Of a stretch of DNA of 64,000 nt, positions 12,540 to 25,278 are shown one piece after another. The first letter of the stretch is position 1. Every line of letters begins with the position of its first letter. A model generated the notes under the pieces. The model ran no database searches and was not told where the DNA came from. It saw only the letters and a list, made by a program, of their open reading frames with translations. Made by a program: the position numbers and the translations under genes. Origin of the DNA: Ranitomeya imitator (lineage: Eukaryota). The stretch spans positions 214,706,001 through 214,770,000 of the forward strand of contig NC_091288.1 in NCBI RefSeq assembly GCF_032444005.1. The letters are read 5' to 3'.

Positions 12540-14571
12540 AAACCTTTCAAACGAGAAAAAAATCACATTGTATAAATTATATAAAGTTATTTGCATTTTG
12601 TAGTGAGAAATAAGTAGTGAGAAAGACTTAATACTTGGTGGCAAAACCCTTGTTGGCAAGCACAGCAGTCAGACATTTTTGTAGTTGATGATGAGGTTTG
12701 CGCACATGTCAGGAGGAAGTTTGCTCCACTCTTCTGGTGGCAAAACCCTTGTTGGCAAGCACAGCAGTCAGACTTTTCTGTAGTTGATGATGAGGTTTGC
12801 ACACATGTCAGGAGGAATTTTGCTCCACTCTGGTGGCAAAACCCTTGTTGGCAAGCACAGCAGTCAGACGTTTTTGTAGTTGATGATGAGGTTTGTGCAC
12901 ATATCAGGAGGAATTTTGGTCCACTCCTCTGGTAGCAAAACCCTTGTTGGCAAGCACAGCAGTCAGACTTTTCTGTAGTTGATGATGAGGTTTACACACA
13001 TGTCAGGAGGAATTTTGGTCCACTCCTCTGGTGGCAAAACCCTTGTTGGCAAGCACAGCAGTCAGACCTTTTTGTAGTTGATGATGAGGTTTGCGCACAT
13101 GTCAGAAGGAATTTTGGTCCACTCCTCTGGTGGCAAAACCCTTGTTGGCAAGCACAGCAGTCAGACCTTTTTGTAGTTGATGATGAGGTTTGCGCACATG
13201 TCAGGAGGAATTTTGGTCCACTCCTCTGGTGGCAAAACCCTTGTTGGCAAGCACAGCAGTCAGACTTTTTTGTAGTTGATGATGAGGTTTGCGCACATGT
13301 CAGGAGGAATTTTGCTCCACTCTTCTGGTGGCAAAACCCTTGTTGGCAAGCACAGCAGTCAGACTTTTCTGTAGTTGATGATGAGGTTTGCGCACATGTC
13401 AGGAGGAATTTTGCTCCACTCTGGTGGCAAAACCCTTGTTGGCAAGCACAGCAGTCAGACGCTTTTGTAGTTGATGATGAGGTTTGCGCACATGTCAGGA
13501 GGAATTTTGCTCCACTCCTGTCTGCAGATCATCTCTAAATTATTAAGATTTTGAGTCTGTCACTTGGCAACTCGGAGCTTCTACTCCCTCCATAAGTTTT
13601 CTATGGGATTAAGGTCTGGAAACTGGCTAGGCCAGTCACTCCTTTGTTGCCTTGGCTGTATGTTTTGGGTCATTGTCTTGCTGGAAGACCCCGCCATGAC
13701 ATATTTTTAATGTCCTGGAGGAGGGAAGGAGGTTGTCACTCAGGATTTTATGGTACATGGCTCCATCCATTCTCCCACTGATGTGGTGAAGTACTCCTGT
13801 GCCCTTAGCAGAGAAACACCTCCAAAACATAATATTTCCACACCCATGCTTGACAGTGGGGATGGTGTTCTTTGGGTCATAGGCAGCATTTCTCTTCCTC
13901 CAAACATGGCGAGTTGAGTTAATGCCAAAGACCTCAGTTTTTATCTCCTCTTATCACAGCACCTTCTCTCGATCACTCACAGAATCATCCAGGTGTTCAT
14001 TGGTAAACTTCAGATGGTCCTGCAGTTGTGCCTTCTTGAGCAGGGGGACCTTGCGGGCACTGCAGGATTTGAAACCTTTACAGCGTAATGTCTTACCAAT
14101 GGTTTTCTTGGTGACTGCCTTGAGATAATTAACAAGTTCCTTCGTGTAGTTTTAGGCTGATCTCTTACCTTCCTCATGATCAAGGATACCCCACGAGGTG
14201 AGATATGGCATGGTGCCCCAGATCGATGTCGATTGACAGTCATTTTTTATTTCTTCCATTTTCCTACCATTGCACCAACAGTTGTCTCCTTCCCACCCAG
14301 AGTCTTACTTATGGTTTTGTAGCCCATTCCAGCTTTGTGCAGGTCTATGATCTTGTCCTTGACATCATCATAAAGCTCTTCGGTCTTGCCCATGTTGTAG
14401 AGGTTATAGTCTGACTGATTGAGTCTGTGGACAGGAGTCTTTTATAAAGGTGACTATGTAAGACAGCTGTCTGTAATGCAGGTAACGAGTTGATTAGGAG
14501 CGTCTAACTGGTCTGTAGGAGCCAGAACGCTTAATGGTTGGTAGGGGATCAAATACTTATTTCTCCCACTG
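12540..14571 (-). mobile_element. Degenerate Tc1 element carrying an internal tandem amplification
   Basis: Transposase remnants [32 protein letters not shown] (13636-13830); TIR ends ...AAATACTTATTTCTCCCACTG|TA at 14571. Left limit approximate. Confidence 0.9.
12637..13519. repeat. 9 tandem copies of a 96-99 bp unit derived from the Tc1 sub-terminal region
   Basis: GGTGGCAAAACCC (one copy GGTAGC) starts at 12637, 12736, 12832, 12931, 13030, 13129, 13228, 13327 and 13423. Confidence 0.93.
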
Positions 14572-14805
14572 TAGATGATAGATAATAGACACTAGATAGA
14601 TGTGATATACGGGACTGACCATTCTGAATCCACACACAGTACATATTCCACATTCCCGACAATAAGAACCTTCTCTTCTGCCAAACACAAGTGGAGAACA
14701 TCCAAGATTCCCGCCCTGAACTCGGCCACTGTGATGATTCTGGAGGAGGATTTTCTGCTCCAGATGTTGGGTGTCTCACAACACATTAATAGAACCAAGA
14801 AAACA

Positions 14806-14872
14806 ATGGAAGGAAGGCGACGACTCATTGCTATGATCCTCCTGCTCCGGGCAGTGATCGGCGCCATTTCAG
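14806..14872 (+). CDS. CD163/SCART-like SRCR gene exon 1 (signal peptide)
   Basis: MEGRRRLIAMILLLRAVIGAIS, then phase-1 donor G|GTGAGT, compatible with the downstream SRCR exons. Confidence 0.8.
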
Positions 14873-15120
14873 GTGAGTGCCGGCACTGTAAGGTCTACAC
14901 TGCTTGCATCGCACACAGTTCCATCCCCATCACACGGAACTTTCTATAGATGTATGGAGATTTCTAGAATGGGCAACGCCAGTGCTTCTTTGGTCTTTGC
15001 GGACCTATGACCTTGCTCTGTGGGGGAGGGTATAATGACTTAGCCCCGCCCCTGCTTATCTTCTTGCTCTTCAGATTCTCAAACATGGATTATGACATTT
15101 CTCCGATTGTCTCATCCTAG

Positions 15121-15441
15121 ATGACATAGAAGAAGTGAGACTGGTGGGGGGATTGGACCCCTGTGAAGGGAGAGTGGAGGTGAATATTGGAGGAGAGTGG
15201 AGCACAATATGTGAGGATGACTGGGATATGAAGAACACAGAGGTGGTTTGTAGACAGATGGGGTGCCTCCGAACACCAGGACGCGATGCCCGGGTGTCCT
15301 CATTTGGTGCTGGAAATGGGACAGTATGGTTGACCGGTGTGACCTGTAATGGCCAAGAGGAAACTCTGAATCACTGCAAATATACCATTGAATCAGGAGA
15401 CATCTGTCACCACAAGAAAGACATCGGAGTCATCTGTGCAG
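15121..15441 (+). CDS. SRCR gene exon 2 (SRCR domain 1)
   Basis: Acceptor CATCCTAG|; VRLVGG..CEGRVEV..WSTIC..W..VVCRQMGC with 8 Cys; donor CAG|GCGAGT (GC). Confidence 0.92.
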
Positions 15442-15459
15442 GCGAGTATACAAGCATCA

Positions 15460-18400
15460 TACAAGGAGCTCCCCCTAGTGGTGGCTGCAGACAAAATATA
15501 TCTCTGTATACAGGGAGATCCCCCTAGTGGTGACTGCAGACAGGATCTTATCATGTATCTCTGTATACAGGGAGCTCCCCCTAGTGGTGGCTGCAGACTG
15601 GATCTTATCATGTATCTCTGTATACAGGGAGCTCCCCCTAGTGGTGACTGCAGACAGGATCTTATCATGTATCTCTGTATACAGGGAGCTCCCCCTAGTG
15701 GTGGCTGCAGACTGGATCTTATCATGTATCTCTGTATACAGGGAGCTCCCCTGTTATGACCTGGTGGTCAGGACAATAATGGACCTGGTGGTTAATAGCA
15801 CACGGAATGACCTGATAGTTACTGATAATATAGGACGAGCTCTGGGACGTGGGAACTCTGCTGACCGCAATCCCTAATCCTATCACGCACACTAGAAATA
15901 GCCGTGGATTGCTCCTAATGCTCCCTATGCAACACGGCACAGCCAAAGAACTAGCTAGCCCTGAAGATAGAAAAATTAAGCCTACCTTGCCTCAGAGAAA
16001 TTCCCCAAAGGAAAAGGCAGCCCCCCACATATAATGACTGTGAGTAAAGATGAAAATACAAACACAGAGATGAAATAGATTAAGCAAAGTGAGGCCCGAT
16101 TTACTGAACAGACTGAGGATAGGAAAGGTAGCTTTGCAGTCAGCACAAAAACCTACAAAAAGACCACGCAGAGGGCGCAAAAAGACCCTCCGTACCGACT
16201 CACGGTGCGGAGGCGCTCCCTCTGCGTCCCAGAGCTTCCAGCAAGCAAGACAACAATCAAAATAGCAAGCTGGACAGAAAAATAGCAAACCAGAGAAATA
16301 CAAGCAGGCACTTAGCTTCTGCTGGGAAGACAGGTCACAAGAACGATCCAGGAGTGAACTAGACCAATACTGGAACATTGACAGGTGGCATGGAGCAAAG
16401 ATCTAAGTGGAGTTAAATAGAGCAGCCAGCTAACGAATTAACCTGGTCACCTGTAGAAGGAAACTCAGAAACACCCACAGCCACCAGAGAAAGTCCATGG
16501 ACAGAACCAGCCAAAGTACCATTTATGACCACAGGAGGGAGCCCGACAACAGAATTCACAACACTCCCACTAGTGGTGACTGCAGACAGGATCTTATCAT
16601 GTATCTCTGTATACAGGGAGCTCCCCCTAGTGGTGGCTGCAGACAGGATCTTATCATATATCTCTGTATACAGGGAGCTCCCCCTAGTGGTGGCTGCAGA
16701 CAGGATCTTATCATGTATCTCTATATAGAGGGAGCTCACCCTAGTGGTGGCTGCAGACAGAATATTATCATGTATCTCTGTATACAGGGAGCTCCCCCTA
16801 GTCGTGGCTGCAGACAGGATCTTATCATATATCTCTGTATACAGGGAGCTCCCCCTAGTGGTGACTGCAGACAGGATCTTATCATGTATCTCTGTATACA
16901 GGGAGCTCCCCCTAGTGGTGACTGCAGACAGGATCTTATCATGTATCTCTGTATACAGGGCGCTCCCCCTTGTGGTGGCTGCAGACAGGATCTTATCATG
17001 TATCTCTGTATACAGGGAGCTCCCCCTAGTGGTGGCTGCAAACAGGATCTTATCATGTATCTCTGTATACAGGGCGCTCCCCCTAGTGGTGGCTGCAGAC
17101 AGAATATTATCATGTATCTCTGTATACAGGGAGCTCCCCCTAGTGGTGGCTGCAGACAGGATCTTATCATGTATCTCTGTATACAGGGAGCTCCCCCTAG
17201 TGGTGGCTGCAGACAGAATATTATAATGTATCTCTGTATACAGGGAGCTCCCCCTAGTGGTGGCTGCAGACAGGATCTTATCATGTATCTCTGTATACAG
17301 GGAGCTCCCCCTAGTGGTGACTGCAGACAGGATCTTATCATGTATCTCTGTATACAGGGCGCTCCCCCTTGTGGTGGCTGCAGACAGGATCTTATCATAT
17401 ATCTCTGTATACAGGGAGCTCCCCCTAGTGGTGGCTGCAGACAGGATCTTATCATGTATCTCTGTATACAGGGCGCTCCCCCTAGTGGTGACTGCAGACA
17501 GGATCTTATCATGTATCTCTGTATACAGGGAGCTCCCCCTAGTGGTGGCTGCAGACAGGATCTTATCATGTATCTCTGTATAGAGGGAGCTCCCCCTAGT
17601 GGTGGCTGCCGACAGAATATTGTCATGTATCTCTGTAGACAGGGAGCTTCCCCTAGTGGTGACTACAGACAGGATCTTATCATGTATCTCTGTATACAGG
17701 GAGCTCCCCCTAGTGGTGACTGCAGACAGGATGTTATCATGTATCTCTGTATACAGGGAGCTCCCCCTAGTGGTGGCTGCAGGCAGGATCTTATCACGTA
17801 TCTCTGTATACAGGGAGCTCCCCCTAGTGGTGACTGCAGACAGGATGTTATCATGTATCTCTGTATACAGGGAGCTCCCCCTAGTGGTGACTGCAGACAG
17901 GATCTTATCACGTATCTCTGTATACAGGGAGCTCCCCCTAGTGGTGGCTGCAGACAGGATCTTATCATGTATCTCTGTATGCAGGGAGCTCCCCCTAGTG
18001 GTGGCTGCAGACAGGATCTTATCATGTATCTCTGTATACAGGGAGCTCCCCCTAGTGGTGACTGCAGACAGAATCTTATCATGTACCTCTGTATACAGGG
18101 AGCACCCCCTAGTGGTGGCTGCAGACAGGATCTTATCATGTATCTCTGTATACAGGGAGCTCCCCCTAGTGGTGGCTGCAGGCACAATCTTATAATGTAT
18201 CTCGGTATGCAGGGAGCTCCCCCTAGTGGTGGCTGCAGGCACAATCTTATAATGTATCTCGGTATGCAGGGAGCTCCCCCTAGTGGTGGCTGCAGGCACA
18301 ATCTTATCATGTATCTCTGTATACAGGGAGCTCCCCCTAGTGGTGGCTGCAGACAGAATCTTATCATGTACCTCTGTATACAGGGAGCACCCCCTAGTGG

Positions 18401-19410
18401 TGGCTGCAGACAGGATCTTATCATGTATCTCTGTATACAGGGAGCTCCCCCTAGTGGTGGCTGCAGGCACAATCTTATAATGTATCTCGGTATGCAGGGA
18501 GCTCCCCCTAGTGGTGGCTGCAGGCACAATCTTATCATGTATCTCTGTATACAGGGAGCTCCCCCTAGTGGTGGCTGCAGACAGAATCTTATCATGTATC
18601 TCTGTATACAGGGCGCTCCCCCTAGTGGTGGCTGCAGGCAGGATCTTATCATGTATCTCGGTATGCAGGGAGCTCCCCCTAGTGGTGGCTGCAGACAGGA
18701 TCTTATCATGTATCTCTGTATACAGGGAGCTCCCCCTAGTGGTGGCTGCAGGCACAATCTTATAATGTATCTCGGTATGCAGGGAGCTCCCCCTAGTGGT
18801 GGCTGCAGGCACAATCTTATCATGTATCTCTGTATACAGGGAGCTCCCCCTAGTGGTGGCTGCAGACAGAATCTTATCATGTATCTCTGTATACAGGGCG
18901 CTCCCCCTAGTGGTGGCTGCAGGCAGGATCTTATCATGTATCTCGGTATACAGGGAGCACCCCCTAGTGGTGGCTGCAGACAGGATCTTATCATGTATCT
19001 CTGTATACAGGGAGCTCCCCCTAGTGGTGGCTGCAGGCACAATCTTATAATGTATCTCGGTATGCAGGGAGCTCCCCCTAGTGGTGGCTGCAGGCACAAT
19101 CTTATCATGTATCTCTGTATACAGGGAGCTCCCCCTAGTGGTGGCTGCAGACAGAATCTTATCATGTATCTCTGTATACAGGGCGCTCCCCCTAGTGGTG
19201 GCTGCAGGCAGGATCTTATCATGTATCTCGGTATGCAGGGAGCTCCCCCTAGTGGTGGCTGCAGGCACGATCTTATCATGTATCTCGGTATGCAGGGAGC
19301 TCCCCCTAGTGGTGGCTGCAGGCACAATCTTATCATGTATCTCTGTATACAGGGAGCTCCCCCTAGTGGTGGCTGCAGGCACGATCTTATCATGTGTCTC
19401 GGTATGCAGT
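15460..19410. repeat. 57-bp minisatellite (about 55 copies) filling SRCR intron 2, split by a solo LTR
   Basis: Unit CAGGGAGCTCCCCCTAGTGGTGGCTGCAGACAGGATCTTATCATGTATCTCTGTATA; 19-aa periodicity in the spurious ORFs. Confidence 0.97.
15752..16563 (-). mobile_element. Solo LTR (812 bp), probably Gypsy type
   Basis: TG...CA termini (TGTTATGA...TCACAACA); flanks CTCCCC / CTCCCA form a 6-bp duplication with one mismatch inside a repeat unit; no internal gag/pol. Orientation and family are inferred. Confidence 0.8.
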
Positions 19411-19493
19411 ATCCCTTATGGTTTTTATTATAAATGTGTTGAGTATATTTTACAACTATTACCATCTGGTGAATGTATTCCATTTGTCTACAG

Positions 19494-19814
19494 GTGAAAT
19501 GGAGGAGATACGTCTGGCTGGTGGGGACAATGAGTGTGAAGGACGAGTGGAGGTGAAGCACCGAGGACAGTGGGGCACCATGTGTGGTCTGGACTGGTAC
19601 ACCAGTAACGCCATCGTAGTCTGTAGACAGCTGGGCTGCAACATCACCAATGAGCTGCAAGTTAAAGCGGCTTCATTTGGAGCTGGAAAAGGCAAAGTCT
19701 GGCTCAGCAATGTGAAGTGTGTGGGGGATGAGGCAGCGGTGTGGGACTGTAAGCATCGAATGTGGGGAAGCAGCTCATGTAAACATCCATACGACGCTGG
19801 AGTAATCTGCTCAG
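19494..19814 (+). CDS. SRCR gene exon 3 (SRCR domain 2)
   Basis: TTTGTCTACAG| acceptor, IRLAGGDNECEGRVEV..WGTMC, 8 Cys, phase-1 donor G|GTATAA. Confidence 0.95.
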
Positions 19815-19829
19815 GTATAAAATGACTTA

Positions 19830-22800
19830 GGTTATACCAGCCATACATATATAATTATATACAGGAGATGCCCAGGTTATACCAGCTGTACATATATAAT
19901 TATATACAGGAGATGCCCAGGTTATACCAGCTGGATATATATAATTATATACAGGAGATGCCCAGGTTATACCAGCTGGATATATATAATTATATACAGG
20001 AGATGCCCAGGTTATACCAGCCGTACATATATAATTATATACAGGAGATACCCAGGTTATACCAGCTGTACATATATAATTATATACAGGAGATGCCCAG
20101 GTTATACCAGCTGGATATATATAATTATATACAGGAGATGCCCAGGTTATACCAGCCGTACATATATAATTATATACAGGAGATACCCAGGTTATACCAG
20201 CCGTACATATATAATTATATACAGGAGATGCCCAGGTTATACCAGCTGGATATATATAATTATATACAGGAGATGCCCAGGTTATACCAGCCATACATAT
20301 ATAATTATATACAGGAGATACCCAGGTTATACCAGCTGTACATATATAATTATATACAGGAGATGCCCAGGTTATACCAGCTGGATATATATAATTATAT
20401 ACAGGAGATGCCCAGGTTATACCAGCCGTACATATATAATTATATACAGGAGATACCCAGGTTATACCGGCCGTACATATATAATTATATACAGGAGATG
20501 CCCAGGTTATACCGGCTGGACATATATAATTATATACAGGAGATGCCCAGGTTATACCGGCTGTACATATATAATTATATACAGGAGATGCCCAGGTTAT
20601 ACCGGCTGTACATATATAATTATATACAGGAGGTGCCCAGGTTATACCGGCTGTACATATATAATTATATACAGGAGGTGCCCAGGTTATACCGGCTGTA
20701 CATATATAATTATATACAGGAGATGCCCAGGTTATACCGGCTGTACATATATAATTATATACAGGAGGTGCCCAGGTTATACCGGCTGTACATATATAAT
20801 TATATACAGGAGGTGCCCAGGTTATACCGGCTGTACATATATAATTATATACAGGAGGTGCCCAGGTTATACCGGCTGTACATATATAATTATATACAGG
20901 AGGTGCCCAAGTTATACCGGCTGTACATATATAATTATATACAGGAGATGCCCAGGTTATACCGGCTGTACATATATAATTATATACAGGAGGTGCCCAG
21001 GTTATACCGGCTGTACATATATAATTATATACAGGAGATACCCAGGTTATACCAGCTGTACATATATAATTATATACAGGAGATGCCCAGGTTATACCAG
21101 CTGGATATATATAATTATATACAGGAGATGCCCAGGTTATACCAGCCATACATATATAATTATATACAGGAGATACCCAGGTTATACCAGCCGTACATAT
21201 ATAATTATATACAGGAGATGCCCAGGTTATACCGGCTGGACGTATATAATTATATACAGGAGATGCCCAGGTTATACCGGCTGTACGTATATAATTATAT
21301 ACAGGAGATGCCCAGGTTATACCGGCTGTACATATATAATTATATACAGGAGATGCCCAGGTTATACCGGCTGTACATATATAATTATATACAGGAGGTG
21401 CCCAGGTTATACCGGCTGTACATATATAATTATATACAGGAGGTGCCCAGGTTATACCGGCTGTACATATATAATTATATACAGGAGGTGCCCAAGTTAT
21501 ACCGGCTGTACATATATAATTATATACAGGAGGTGCCCAGGTTATACCGGCTGTACATATATAATTATATACAGGAGGTGCCCAGGTTATACCGGCTGTA
21601 CATATATAATTATATACAGGAGATGCCCAGGTTATACCGGCTGTACATATATAATTATATACAGGAGGTTCCCAGGTTATACCGGCTGTACATATATAAT
21701 TATATACAGGAGATGCCCAGGTTATACCGGCTGTACATATATAATTATATACAGGAGATGCCCAGGTTATACCGGCTGTACATATATAATTAGATACAGG
21801 AGGAGATGCCCAGGTTATACCGGCTGTACATATATAATTATATACAGGAGATGCCCAGGTTATACCGGCTGTACATATATAATTATATACAGGAGGTGCC
21901 CAGGTTATACCGGCTGTACATATATAATTATATACAGGAGGTGCCCAGGTTATACCGGCTGTACATATATAATTATATACAGGAGGTGCCCAAGTTATAC
22001 CGGCTGTACATATATAATTATATACAGGAGATGCCCAGGTTATACCGGCTGTACATATATAATTATATACAGGAGGTGCCCAGGTTATACCGGCTGTACA
22101 TATATAATTATATACAGGAGATGCCCAGGTTATACCGGCTGTACATATATAATTATATACAGGAGGTTCCCAGGTTATACCGGCTGTACATATATAATTA
22201 TATACAGGAGATGCCCAGGTTATACCGGCTGTACATATATAATTATATACAGGAGGAGATGCCCAGGTTATACCGGCTGTACATATATAATTATATACAG
22301 GAGGAGATGCCCAGGTTATACCGGCTGTACATGTATAATTATATACAGGAGATGCCCAGGTTATACCGGCTGTACATATATAATTATATACAGGAGGTTC
22401 CCAGGTTATACCAGCTGTACATGTATAATTATATAAAGGAGATGCCCAGGTTATACCAGCTGTACATATATAATTATATACAGGAGATGCCCAGGTTATA
22501 CCAGCTGTACATGTATAATTATATACAGGAGATGCCCAGGTTATACCGGCTGTACATGTATAATTATATACAGGAGATGCCCAGGTTATACCGGCTGTAC
22601 ATATATAATTATATACAGGAGGTGCCCAGGTTATACCGGCTGTACATATATAATTATATACAGGAGATGCCCAGGTTATACCGGCTGTACATATATAATT
22701 ATATACAGGAGATGCCCAGGTTATACCAGCTGTACATATATAATTATATATAAGAGATGCCCAGGTTATACTAGCTGTACATATATAATTATATACAGGA

Positions 22801-23185
22801 GATGCCCAGGTTATACCGGCTGTACATATATAATTATATACAGGAGATGCCCAGGTTATACCAGCTGTACATATATAATTATATATAAGAGATGCCCAGG
22901 TTATACCAGCTGTACATATATAATTATATACAGGAGATGCCCAGGTTATACCGGCTGTACATATATAATTATATACAGGAGATGCCCAGGTTATACCAGC
23001 TGTACATGTATAATTATATACAGGAGATGCCCAGGTTATACCAGCTGTACATGTATAATTATATACAGGAGATGCCCAGGTTATACCGGCTGTACATATA
23101 TAATTATATACAGGAGATGCCCAGGTTATACCAGCTGTACATGTATAATTATATATAGGCGATGCCCAGGTTATACCAGCTGTAT
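19830..23185. repeat. 45-bp minisatellite (about 75 copies) filling SRCR intron 3
   Basis: Unit CAGGAGATGCCCAGGTTATACCGGCTGTACATATATAATTATATA; 15-aa periodicity. Confidence 0.98.
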
Positions 23186-23221
23186 GACCATGATAGATTT
23201 ATACACATTGGTTTCCTATAG

Positions 23222-23539
23222 GTGGTCCTCAGGAGCTGAGACTCGTGGGAGGATCCAGTGCGTGTGAGGGGAGGCTGGAGGTCCGTCACCAGGGGGAGTG
23301 GGGCACGGTCTGCGGTGACTATTGGAACGAGAAGGATGCCGCAGTTGTTTGCCGCCAGTTAGGCTGTGACGCCTCCAGTGCTGAAATCAAGGCGACATCA
23401 TTCGGGGCTGGAGCCGGGAAGGTTTTGTTCAGTAATGTCGTCTGCACTGGAGAAGAGGCAAATGTGTGGCAATGTCAGCACCAGATGTGGGGGCTTCCGT
23501 TCTGTGACCACGAGCAAGACGTTGGGGTCACGTGTGCAG
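23222..23539 (+). CDS. SRCR gene exon 4 (SRCR domain 3)
   Basis: TTTCCTATAG| acceptor, LRLVGGSSACEGRLEV..WGTVC, 8 Cys, donor G|GTAACA. Confidence 0.95.
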
Positions 23540-24249
23540 GTAACAGGCCATTATTAATACTCCGGGCAAAATTGAGGCCTGAGGAAGGGCCACCAGTCCA
23601 GCTTCTGGGAAGGCTATGGTCGTCATGCTAGATGGTGAGCAGATCACCTTTTCTTAAAGGGGAATGCGCATGAAAATGTCCCGATGTTTGGGCTTACTGC
23701 CATGTTATATGTCTTCTTTAGGCCTCGTGCATCTTTCTCTGTGTTGGACATTGTGCAACTCCTGGAATTCAAGCAGGAGAGTGATAAAACAAGAAAATTG
23801 CTTACAGTTTTTCATTAGGTAGAGCAGCAGTTTGTGCTCCAGAGCTGCTCTTCCAAAAATGTTATTGTTGGATTCAGCACTCTGCATAGACAGCAATCGA
23901 GATGGCAAAGTTCACTTCATTAGACTGAGAGCTTTGTCACCTGTCACCCAATGTGCAAAGCAAGGCAGCCGATGGCAAAGTCATCTCAACTGCTGCGCTC
24001 TGCATAGGCAACAGCAGGCGGTCACTCACTACACTGCTCCAATAAAAAGCGGAATCTGCCAACGTCACTCATCTCATAAGCAGGGATGGGGGGAGGGTGA
24101 TAAAATTCTACGCAACCACCCTTGTGCCCTCCACACACGACACCACGGACCTATGGTGATCTCAATTCTCTCGACCACCTCTTCTTAGACCTTCATTTGC
24201 TTCCATGATGACCCAACTGGTCATCCAATCATCTCATGTATGTTCACAG

Positions 24250-24588
24250 GTGAACCAGAGGAGGTCAAGCTTGTCGATGGGAAGAATGAGTGTGAGGGAC
24301 GGCTGATGGTCCGTCATCAAGGACAATGGGGCACGGTGTGTGGCTATTACTGGGGTGTCACCGAGGCCACCGTGGTTTGTAACCAACTCGGATGTGGTGG
24401 CCTCCATGAAGATGACCTACAAGCCAAGTCGGTCAACTTTGGAGCTGGAACCGGAAAGATTTGGTTGAGTCACGTCAAATGTTTTGGAGAAGAGTCGGTT
24501 ATATGGGAATGTAATCACCCGATGTGGGGAATTAATCGATGTGGACATAAAAATGACGTCGGGGTCATCTGTGAGAATAGCAGGACAG
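24250..24588 (+). CDS. SRCR gene exon 5 (SRCR domain 4)
   Basis: TTCACAG| acceptor, VKLVDGKNECEGRL..WGTVC, 8 Cys, short ENSRT extension, donor G|GTGAGT. Confidence 0.95.
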
Positions 24589-24963
24589 GTGAGTGAATTA
24601 AACGACAACTGGACAATAAAAATTCCCAGTTTTTTTATTCAAAGTTCCACAATTTCCTCAGAGTCTAATGATAAAATTCTTATTGCTTGTACCCACCACT
24701 AGTGGGAGCTCAGGAGCTTAACGCATACTGACTATCCATTGACCGCCAAAATAAAGCTCTATCCATGAGCTCTATCCGTGATTTTTATCTTTCGGGGTTT
24801 GGAGCTCTATAGAATAAAAATTTGAGATTCAACTGTACAAATCTGACATTTTTTTTGGTGGATTCATTCACATTTGACTGTGGGTGGAAACTCAGTTGGT
24901 CCAGTTGAAAATTTCTTTTTGATGTATCATTCTCATCTCTTCACGTTCTTCATTTCTTCACAG

Positions 24964-25278
24964 GTCTGAGCAGTGACTTCAGGTTAACTAACAATAGTCA
25001 GACATGTTCAGGAAGAGTAGAGATGATGGTTGCCGGTAAGTGGGGCGCTCTGTGCCGCGCGTTCTGGGACCTCCAAGCTGCCAATGTTCTTTGCAGACAA
25101 TTACAGTGCGGCAGCGCAGTATCAATCCCTGACGAGATTCATCTTGGAAAAAGTGATCTGATTTGGACAGATGAGTTTCGTTGTAAAGGTACTGAGTCCA
25201 ACCTCAGAGAATGTACCAACACAGCACTTGGGAAAAGTTTATGTCCAGACCAGGCCGCGGCAAGCATAATATGTTCAG
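24964..25278 (+). CDS. SRCR gene exon 6 (SRCR domain 5, CD163 c-type-like)
   Basis: TTCTTCACAG| acceptor; ends TALGKSLCPDQAAASIICS, like CD163 domain 6 (TALGASLCP..ASVICS); donor G|GTAGAT. Confidence 0.93.

Noticed and set aside
16413-19660. ORFs of 989, 978 and 665 aa
   Set aside because: Translations of the 57-bp satellite (multiple of 3, stop-free), open on both strands and inside an intron.
19827-23158. Long YIYNYIQEMPRL-type ORFs
   Set aside because: Translations of the 45-bp intronic satellite.
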